Below, one piece after another: positions 21,334 through 28,815 of a stretch of 33,567 nucleotides of DNA. The first letter of the stretch is position 1. Each line of letters begins with the position of its first letter. The position numbers were made by a program, and so were the translations under genes. The DNA is taken from assembly GCA_965261975.1 (NCBI GenBank), contig CBDHEC010000048.1, positions 1 through 33,567 of the forward strand, in the 5' to 3' direction. The stretch comes from Alphaproteobacteria bacterium. GTDB lineage: Bacteria > Pseudomonadota > Alphaproteobacteria > UBA6615. The notes beneath the pieces were generated by a model, which saw only the letters and a program-made list of their open reading frames with translations, had not been told where the DNA came from and made no database searches.

Positions 21334-22104
21334 ATGGGAAACGATCGCTTCGACGTGAGTGACCGCATCGTCGTCATCACGGGGGCCGGACAGGGACTGG
21401 GCCGCGAATATGCCCTCGCCTTCGCCGCCGAGGGTGCCTCGCCCGTGCTGGCGGAACTCAACGGCGAAAACCTGCGCGCCGTCGCCGCCGAGATCGAGGC
21501 CACGGGCGGCCAATGCCTGGCCATTGAAACCGACGTCGGCGACCCGGATTCCGTCAACGCGATGGTCGCCGCCGCGCTCGATGCCTATGGACGGATCGAC
21601 GTGCTCATCAACAACGCGGCGATCTTCGCCACCCTGCCCCAGCGACCCTTCTATGACATCCCGTTCGAGGAATGGAACAAGGTGATCCATGTGAACATCA
21701 CCGGCTCCTATCTTTGCGCCAGCGCGGTGGCGAAGCCGATGAAGGCAGCAGGTCAGGGCCGGATCATCAACATCTCATCAGGCACCGTGCCCCAGGGCGC
21801 GCCCGGCTTCATGCACTATGTGACCTCGAAGTCGGCGATCATCGGCATGACCCGGGTGATGGCGCGCGAGCTCAGCGACGACAATATCAACGTCAACACG
21901 CTGATGCCCGGCTACACCACGACCGAAGTCGAGCATGCGAGCATGGACGACGATCTGCACGAGTTCATCCAGAACAAGCGCCTCGTCAAACGCGCCGGCA
22001 CGCCGGAAGACCTGATCGGGGCGGCGATGTTCCTGGCATCGCCCGCGAGTTCGTTTATCTCCGGCCAGACCCTCGCCGTATGCGGCGGCGAGGTCATGCT
22101 CTAG
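21334..22104 (+). CDS. Short-chain dehydrogenase/reductase
   Basis: TGAGQGLG, NNAA, catalytic YVTSK, PG, SGQTL. Confidence 0.92.
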   Translation: MGNDRFDVSDRIVVITGAGQGLGREYALAFAAEGASPVLAELNGENLRAVAAEIEATGGQCLAIETDVGDPDSVNAMVAAALDAYGRIDVLINNAAIFATLPQRPFYDIPFEEWNKVIHVNITGSYLCASAVAKPMKAAGQGRIINISSGTVPQGAPGFMHYVTSKSAIIGMTRVMARELSDDNINVNTLMPGYTTTEVEHASMDDDLHEFIQNKRLVKRAGTPEDLIGAAMFLASPASSFISGQTLAVCGGEVML

Positions 22105-22136
22105 TACCGGCCGACACCAAAGGGAGTATTTGCATC

Positions 22137-22871
22137 ATGGGTGAAGTCCTGCGCGCCGACTGGTTCGATATGGCGGACGATGAACGCGAGCCACATACCG
22201 AGTGGCTGCACGGTCAGTTTCTGCCGTCCTTGAAGGCCGCCCATGGGGTCGCCTGGGTCGGTCATTACGACATCATCCCGCACCCCGACCGGCCTTATAT
22301 CGAGGGCGCCCCGACGAAAAAGGAGACGGATGACCCCGATGTCGCCACGGGTTGGCAGAATGTCGTGCTGACGGCCGGTCTCTCGACCGACACCTTCCTC
22401 GGCCCGAACAACGGCGTCGATGCCCTGCACGCGGCCAACGAGACGGCGCTCGGCGCGTGGCGCAATCATCGCATCTGCGTCTTCGCCGAGGAAAAGGTGG
22501 TCAACGGACCCGAAGAACGCGCCATGCCCTACGGCGCAGGCCCGCCGCCGGCGATGCAGATCGGCTCCTTCAACGCCGATACAACTGATCACAACGAGAT
22601 GCTGGCACGCTGGTATCGCGCCGAACGATTCCCGCGCATCGCGGTATCGCAGGGGATCATCCGCGGCCGCAAGATGCTGTCGGTGACCGGCTGGGCCAAG
22701 CACGGCGTGCTTTGGGAGGGTGTCGAACTCGGCCCCGACGACTATTCGTTCGAGCCGCGCTTCATCGCCGCCGACCGGGGAGAAGACTGGCCCGGCCCGC
22801 ACGTCCTGGATTATGTGACCCATGCGCCGGGCAGCCCCCATGCGGGCCGGCGCGTCTGGCCGAAGGTCTAA
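22137..22871 (+). CDS. Hypothetical protein, probable tandem EthD/DUF4286-like dimeric alpha+beta barrel
   Basis: Two similar segments (EWLHGQFLP...HGVAWVGHY and RWYRAERFP...QGIIRGRK). AAGGGAG RBS before ATG 22137. Fold is inferred. Confidence 0.6.
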   Translation: MGEVLRADWFDMADDEREPHTEWLHGQFLPSLKAAHGVAWVGHYDIIPHPDRPYIEGAPTKKETDDPDVATGWQNVVLTAGLSTDTFLGPNNGVDALHAANETALGAWRNHRICVFAEEKVVNGPEERAMPYGAGPPPAMQIGSFNADTTDHNEMLARWYRAERFPRIAVSQGIIRGRKMLSVTGWAKHGVLWEGVELGPDDYSFEPRFIAADRGEDWPGPHVLDYVTHAPGSPHAGRRVWPKV

Positions 22872-22905
22872 CCGCCCCACCCTCTAACCCGGTATCGGAG
22901 AAAAC

Positions 22906-23586
22906 ATGGCACGGGTAAGCCTTATCGACGCGAGCAACGCGCCCGATCATCTGAAAGCGGACATCGAGATCAACTATGCCGCCAATGACGCGCTGTTCGG
23001 CGAACGCGCCTCGACGATCAATTCCCTGAAGCTGATCGCGCATGTCCCGCTGGTCGGTCGCTGGCTGGCGCCCCTGATCGCGGCCATGCAGCGCAACGGG
23101 GCGGGCAGCATCCTGCCCGCCAAGATCAAGACGCTGATCGACATCAAGACGAGCACCATCAACGACTGCTTCTACTGAACTCATCACAATGTGTCGCTCG
23201 GTCGGGTGGCGGGAATTACAGACGAACAGCTCGAGGTCATTCAGGGAAACGAATACATGAACTCCGATTTGCTGACGGCGCGCGAGAAGGCGACGTTGTT
23301 GTGGACGGAGCATGTCACGTTGAACACGGCGAAGAACCGGGACGATGTCTATAACGAGGTCGCGGCGGTCTTCAGCGAGGCCGAGATCGTCGAGATGACC
23401 ACCGTGTGTGCATTCCGCAACATGCGCAACCGGATGCATGATTCCCTGCATCTCGACCCGGACCCGCCGGCCGGCGCGGAAGCCGTCGGCGCGGGTTCAC
23501 AGGTCAGCCCGGACGCACTGAAGGCCTATCTGCAGCACCTGCTGGACAACTGGCCCGAGGAGTTTCCGAAGGCACCAAAAGAGTAA
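22906..23586 (+). CDS. AhpD/CMD-like selenoprotein (CxxU, Sec at codon 91, TGA 23176-23178), 226 aa
   Basis: ORFs 22906-23178 and 23191-23586 are in the same frame, separated by one TGA. Read-through gives IKTSTINDCFY-U-THHNVSLGRVAGIT, aligning with IKTSHINGCEY-C-YAHNTALGEAAGIS of the 6149 paralog. A SECIS-like hairpin follows. Confidence 0.88.
23176..23210 (+). promoter_or_regulatory. Bacterial SECIS element candidate
   Basis: After the UGA, stem GUCGCUC (23193-23199) pairs with GGGUGGC (23204-23210) around a GGUC loop starting 21 nt downstream. This resembles the GGUC apical loop of the E. coli fdhF SECIS. Confidence 0.75.
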
Positions 23587-23594
23587 GCCCGGCC

Positions 23595-24503
23595 TCACAG
23601 ATACTTTTCGAACCAGGCAACGGCCTCGGTCATACCGATCTCGTGCATCTCGGGATTGCAGAAGTAATAGCTCTCATAGTGTTGCGCACCCGGAAGTTTC
23701 ACCAGCTTCTTCGGCTCGCCAAGCTGTTCGTAGCAGCCGAACTGCTCTTCGGGCGGCACCGTGCAGTCGTCCTCGGCATAGACCACGAGGACGGGGCGCG
23801 GCGAGATCAGATGGGCCACCGCCTCGGGCTTGAAGCGCAGGCAGGTCTCCGCGCTCTCGAGATCATAGTCCGACACATAGTGGCCGTGCTTCTGATGATG
23901 CTGCTGGATCACATCCAGCGTGTGCGGATCGGTCAGCATGATGTCGAGCAACGGCCAGTGGGTGTGCTCGCCCGTGGTCACGCGCTTGCGCGCCGCCTCG
24001 GCGACCTTTTCCTTGAAATCGAGCCACTCATGGGGCCGGCGCGCCTGTTTCATCCAGCGTTCGCCGTCCGAGACACCCACCGAGTTGACGATCACCTTGA
24101 TGCGCTCGTCGAAGGCGGCGCACCAGATGACCGAGGCCCCGCCCCAGCTGGTGCCATAGCAGCCCATGCGGTCACGATCGACGCCGTCGACCGTCTCCAT
24201 GTAGGTGAACGCGTCATACACGTCCTGGGCCTGCTCCAGGGGCCGGTGTCGGCCGCGCGCGCCGCCGCTTTCACCGAAGCCGCGATGATCGGGCGCCAGC
24301 ACGAAATAGCCCTCCTCCCAGAGCCGCCGCGGCACGTCCATGCCGTAGACTTCCTTCATGCCCGAATAGCCATGCAGGCAGACGATGGCCGGCCGCGCCG
24401 GATCGCCGGGTTTCCAGCCGTCGGGCGTGTAGAGATGCGCGGCGATCTCGATCCCGTCGCTGAAATAGGTGATCTCGTCCCAGACCTTTTCGCGTTCGGC
24501 CAT
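23595..24503 (-). CDS. Alpha/beta hydrolase (peptidase S15/YcjY-like)
   Basis: LHGYSG, DHRGFGESGG, GTSWGG elbow, ISPRPVLVV, GAQHY. GGGGGA RBS before ATG 24503. Confidence 0.85.
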   Translation of the reverse strand: MAEREKVWDEITYFSDGIEIAAHLYTPDGWKPGDPARPAIVCLHGYSGMKEVYGMDVPRRLWEEGYFVLAPDHRGFGESGGARGRHRPLEQAQDVYDAFTYMETVDGVDRDRMGCYGTSWGGASVIWCAAFDERIKVIVNSVGVSDGERWMKQARRPHEWLDFKEKVAEAARKRVTTGEHTHWPLLDIMLTDPHTLDVIQQHHQKHGHYVSDYDLESAETCLRFKPEAVAHLISPRPVLVVYAEDDCTVPPEEQFGCYEQLGEPKKLVKLPGAQHYESYYFCNPEMHEIGMTEAVAWFEKYL

Positions 24504-24577
24504 ATCCGTTCCCCCTGTTATCTTTGGACGGAAGTCTGACAAACACGCCGAACAACGGCAACGAGGAGATTCGAGCG

Positions 24578-25570
24578 ATGAAAGTCGTCCGCTTCCACGA
24601 ATTCGGCGGGCCCGAGGTGCTGCGGGTCGAGGATTTACCCGACCCCGCGCCTGGCCCCGGCGAGGTGCGGGTACGCGCCGAAGCCATCGGCGTGGGCGTG
24701 CCGGATATCCTGATGCGTCGGGGAAATTACGAGTGGATACCGCCACTGCCGGTCACGCCCGGCAACGAACTGGCAGGCGTGGTCGACGCCACGGGCGACG
24801 GCGTGGAGACCGTCGCCGTCGGCGACCGCGTGTACGTCAATTCGCGCGAGCTGCCGGAGCGTGGCGGTGGCTACGCCGAAGCCATGGTCGTGCCGGCCGG
24901 CGCCGTGTTCGCCATGCCGGAGAATGTTGATGCCGCACAGGCGGTCGTGCTCGGCAACTACCAACTTGCGTGGCTGCTTCTGAACTACGCCAGCTCGCCA
25001 CGGGCCGGGGATCGTATTCTCGTGCACGCGGCGGCAGGCGGTGTCGGCAGTGCACTGACACAGGTTGCGAAGAGCATGGACCTGGGCGTGCTCGGCATCG
25101 TCGGCTCACAGGCCAAGGCCGCCTACGTCACGGAGCAAGGCGCGGACGCGGTTATCGATCGCAACACCGAGGATATCGGCACCAGGGTCATAGAGTTGAG
25201 TAACGGCGAAGGCGTTGATTTCATTTATGATTCCGTCGCCGGTCCGGGATTGTCGAATGATTTCGGCATGCTCGCCCCGATGGGCATGGTGGTGATGTTC
25301 GGGTATCTCGGCGGCGATCCGGACCCGGACCTGTTCAAGCATATGCGCACGAAATTCGGCGACAGCATCGGCTTTCGCCTGTTCAGCATCCATGTCCTCG
25401 ACGACAAGCCTGCCATTCGCCGAGACGCGATGAAGTCCGCGATGTCGGCTCTCGCCGCAGGCGATATTTCCCCTCACATCCATGCGAAGATGCCGCTCGA
25501 TAAGGCAGCGGACGCACATCGTCTCATCGAAGATGGCGGCGTCACCGGCAAAATCGTCCTAACCCCATGA
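24578..25570 (+). CDS. NADPH:quinone oxidoreductase-like MDR family protein
   Basis: FGGPEVL, PGNELAG, GGYAE, HAAAGGVG, TGKIVL. GAGGAG RBS. Confidence 0.9.
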   Translation: MKVVRFHEFGGPEVLRVEDLPDPAPGPGEVRVRAEAIGVGVPDILMRRGNYEWIPPLPVTPGNELAGVVDATGDGVETVAVGDRVYVNSRELPERGGGYAEAMVVPAGAVFAMPENVDAAQAVVLGNYQLAWLLLNYASSPRAGDRILVHAAAGGVGSALTQVAKSMDLGVLGIVGSQAKAAYVTEQGADAVIDRNTEDIGTRVIELSNGEGVDFIYDSVAGPGLSNDFGMLAPMGMVVMFGYLGGDPDPDLFKHMRTKFGDSIGFRLFSIHVLDDKPAIRRDAMKSAMSALAAGDISPHIHAKMPLDKAADAHRLIEDGGVTGKIVLTP

Positions 25571-25583
25571 AACCGAGGTCAGC

Positions 25584-26336
25584 ATGAACCAGATCGACCT
25601 GAACGACCGCCACGCCATCGTCACTGGCGGCGCGAAGGGCATAGGCCAGGCCATCGCGGCCCGCGCGCTGGCATCCGGCGCGCGCGTGACCATCTGGGAT
25701 ATCGATGTCACGCGAACGGACCAGACCATCAAGGAACTGGGGGCTGGTGACGGCCTGCGCGGCGACATGATCGACGTCACCGACCCGGACGCCATCGCTC
25801 AAGGCCTCGACGACGCTATCGCGGCCCTCGGCAAGGTGGATATCCTGGTCAACAACGCGGGTTCCGTCGGCACCGTGGCCAACCTCTGGGAGCAACCGGT
25901 CGAGAACTGGCAGCGGATGCTCACCCTCAACCTGACCAGCGCATTCCTGTGTTGTCGCGCGGTGGCACCGCACATGATCGAGAACGGCTATGGGCGGATC
26001 GTCAACATCGCGTCGAATGCCGGCAAGATGGCCACGCTGCAAAATTCGCCCTACGCCGCCGCCAAGGCAGGGCTCATCAGCATAACCAAGACATTGGCCA
26101 AGGAAGCAGCGCATACGGGTGTTCTGGTCAACGCAGTCGCCCCCGGCGGGGCCAACACGGAGTTGTTTGATGGCTTGCCCGCGGCCTATGCCCAGCAAAT
26201 TGCCTCGGCCATGCCGTTGAATCGCCTGATCGAGCCGGAAGAAATCGCCGCACTGGCCGTTTGGGCAGCGTCAGAAGACTGCTCGGGCACTACCGGCTTC
26301 GTGTTCGATATTTCCGGCGGCCGCTCAGATTACTGA
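25584..26336 (+). CDS. Short-chain dehydrogenase/reductase
   Basis: [28 protein letters not shown]. Confidence 0.92.
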   Translation: MNQIDLNDRHAIVTGGAKGIGQAIAARALASGARVTIWDIDVTRTDQTIKELGAGDGLRGDMIDVTDPDAIAQGLDDAIAALGKVDILVNNAGSVGTVANLWEQPVENWQRMLTLNLTSAFLCCRAVAPHMIENGYGRIVNIASNAGKMATLQNSPYAAAKAGLISITKTLAKEAAHTGVLVNAVAPGGANTELFDGLPAAYAQQIASAMPLNRLIEPEEIAALAVWAASEDCSGTTGFVFDISGGRSDY

Positions 26337-26466
26337 TCTGCAAATTACCAACGATCTAATCCACCGTTCGGCCGCTGACGCGATTGTTCACGTGGCCCAC
26401 GCTTGGTATACCTCGGCAACGCGCAGACATGATGCGAAGCGCGCCAACACCGCGGATTTCAAGACC

Positions 26467-27235
26467 ATGACGCGACGCAGAAAAATCTATGAAGGCAAGG
26501 CGAAGGTCCTCTTCGAGGGCCCCGAGCCAGGCACGCTGGTGCAATATTTCAAGGACGACGCGACCGCCTTCAACAACGAGAAGAAGGGCGTCATCACCGG
26601 CAAGGGCGTCCTTAACAACCGGATTTCCGAGTATCTGATGCTGCGCCTGGCCGAGGTCGGTATCCCGACCCATTTCGTGCGACGCCTCAACATGCGCGAG
26701 CAGCTGGTCAAGGAAGTCGAGATCGTCCCGGTCGAGGTCGTGGTGCGCAACATTGCGGCGGGCTCGATCTGCAAAGCGCTTCAACATCGAGGAAGGCACA
26801 CCCCTGCCCCGCTCGATCGTCGAATATTATTACAAGAATGACGAACTGGGTGATCCGCTGATCTCGGAAGAACACATCACCGCCTTCGGCTGGGCCGCCC
26901 CGCCGGAGATCGACGACATGCTGTCGCTCAGCCTGCGGATCAACGACTTCCTGATGGGGCTGTTTCTCGGGATCGGCCTCCGCCTGATCGACTTCAAGCT
27001 CGAATATGGTCGGCTCTACGACGAAAACGACCAGATGCGCATCGTGCTGGCCGACGAGATCACGCCGGACGGCTGCCGTCTGTGGGACGTCGAGACCAAC
27101 GAGAAGATGGACAAGGACCGGTTCCGCCGCGACATGGGCGGGGTCGCCGAGGCCTATCAGGAAGTCGCCCGGCGACTGGGTATCACACCCGAATCAGGGC
27201 AACAGGATATCAAGGGTCCCTCGACCATCCAGTAA
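26467..27235 (+). CDS. purC: SAICAR synthase with a +1 frameshift at 26773-26775 (probable sequencing error)
   Basis: [34 protein letters not shown] in one frame, then [43 protein letters not shown] in the next. Removing one A from TGCAAAGCGC restores ICKRF. Confidence 0.93.
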
Positions 27236-27256
27236 CACAACCTGTCGGCGGTTCCG

Positions 27257-27271
27257 TTGAAAGCACGCGTG
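27257..27271 (+). pseudogene. purS: First five codons of purS, truncated at the junction
   Basis: TTG AAA GCA CGC GTG = MKARV, the usual alphaproteobacterial PurS start, 21 nt after the purC stop where purS is expected. The following ..LK..VLDPQG is absent. Confidence 0.6.
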
Positions 27272-28703
27272 TGCTGTTCCCCCAGAGGAGCATCAAGGTG
27301 TTGTACATCACGCTCGATGCGATATGCATTGCCCACTTGTACCGCCAGCTCTATCCCCAGTCGTTTCGCATCCCGGGTGCACGCCCTGGCACGACCAAGG
27401 CCAAACTGATCCATGACGTGGCCATGGAGCACGATGAGGAAATCTTTGCGAAACTGTTCCGCATGCCAAAGATTCAGAGCAAGCGCAAAACGCACCACTT
27501 TCGCTACTCGCTACAGACGGACGGATACAGCGTAGCGCTGAGCTTTGGGCGCTGGGTCCAGTCTGCCCCCAAACCAAAGACTGATAAGTCGCGAACGAAG
27601 AAGCGCAAGACGAAACAATCGTCATCGGCCACGACCAAGAGCGTGACCGAGCTCCAGCCAGGGTATGCGTACAGTTACCAAAACAAGACGCTTAACTCAC
27701 TCGACCAGCTCAAGGGTATAACGTTCCGGGCTGTGGATCCAGGTGTGCTTAACACCTACATTTCGGTGGACTTGCTCACCGATGACCCCGACGTTCGTTC
27801 GTCTAAGAAAACGTTGAAGTCAAGCACGTGGCAAGTGCGGACCAAGGCCAAGAAACATGGCGACAAGGTGGACAAATGGCGAAACGCAAAGCTCGGTGAG
27901 GTCCAGAAACGTCTCAATACCACGCCATACCGCACGTCGGCCAGTGCTAAACGATACGGAAAGTACGTGGACAACGTTTTCCAACACTGGGATGCGTTGT
28001 GGGCCTTTGCGACCCAACCCAAGGTGCGCAAGGAACGGTTCCGAGCGTACATCAACAAACAGCGGGCGCTAGACCGCGTCGTCAATGAACTGTGCAAACC
28101 ACGTCCAGGTGACTCAAAGGTCCTACTGGTGTTTGGCAACGCCGCCTCGACCAACTTGTTCGGCAAAACGAAGAATAACGTGAAAGGTCCAGCTCGGAAG
28201 ATATTCAACACGGTTGTACGTCAAAAGAAAGCTGTGTGTATCTGGGCGGACGAATTCCGCACGTCCAAGCTACGGCATTGAAGGAGACACCCGTGGCTCA
28301 CCCGCCTGAGACACGTCCCGAACACTTAAAGCCGGTACGGTGCAAAGCAGAGCATCACGCGCAAGATGCTCGTGGCTGTCGCTGTTTCTGTTCGTACCGT
28401 GTCAAAGACAAAAAGTGCAACGCGAAACGTACCAAGAGTCGATGGTGCGATACCCATTTCAAACCACAATTTCAATACCGTGTGTGCTACTCTAAAACGG
28501 ATAAAAAGACTAAACATGGGCACCGTATGTGGAACCGGGATATGGTCGGTGCCATTAACATTGGCTGCCTGTTTCTCGCACAAGTGCTCAGTTTGGAAAC
28601 CTCGATATGGACGCGAGGTACTGACCCGAATGTAATTACATTAGTGTCGTTGGCTGAGAAGGGTGTGCATTGCCATTCTCGCTCCCTTCGACACACCATC
28701 TGA
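27271..28703 (+). pseudogene. Fanzor1-like (eukaryotic TnpB-derived) RNA-guided nuclease, 5'-truncated, frameshift near 28270-28290
   Basis: LFPQR...YITLD, QTDGYSV (27517), RuvC-I AVDPG (D 27736), LVFGN, RuvC-II DEFRTSK (E 28252), then in another frame RuvC-III WNRD..GAINI (D 28539). Basic TKKRKTK NLS-like patch. Confidence 0.85.
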
Positions 28704-28790
28704 AAAGGTGGTCTTTATTGATGAATGCTAGGAAGATGGATACACATGTGCAGTACCGCTAAGATCTTCCTAGTCTGACAATAAAAATGG
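28629..28790 (+). ncRNA. Candidate Fanzor omegaRNA scaffold / element right end
   Basis: Stems GTGTCG/CGACAC (28644-49/28689-94) enclosing GAGAA/TTCTC; ACCATCT-GAAA-AGGTGGT hairpin (28695-28712); TTTATTG/CAATAAA (28714-20/28779-85) enclosing CTAGGAAGAT/ATCTTCCTAG (28728-37/28764-73). Located at the 3' end of the nuclease ORF. Confidence 0.55.
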
Positions 28791-28815
28791 CCATGTGCCC
28801 CTCTCGACAGAAATC

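Noticed and set aside
23176-23178. TGA as a simple nonsense mutation (pseudogene)
   Set aside because: It falls exactly on the redox Cys position, is followed by a SECIS-like hairpin, and the rest of the gene is intact. Selenocysteine is the simpler explanation.
26767-26780. Programmed ribosomal frameshift in purC
   Set aside because: No canonical slippery site and none that I know of for purC. A one-base indel explains it.
27082-27270. N-terminal part of the 399-aa ORF as the real Fanzor start
   Set aside because: It is an alternative frame of purC plus the intergenic and purS bases. Fanzor-like motifs begin only at ~27271.
27271-28790. Bacterial IS200/IS605 or IS607 element inserted into purS
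   Set aside because: No tnpA or left end, purS does not resume downstream, the motifs are Fanzor1-like, and the flank is eukaryote-like.
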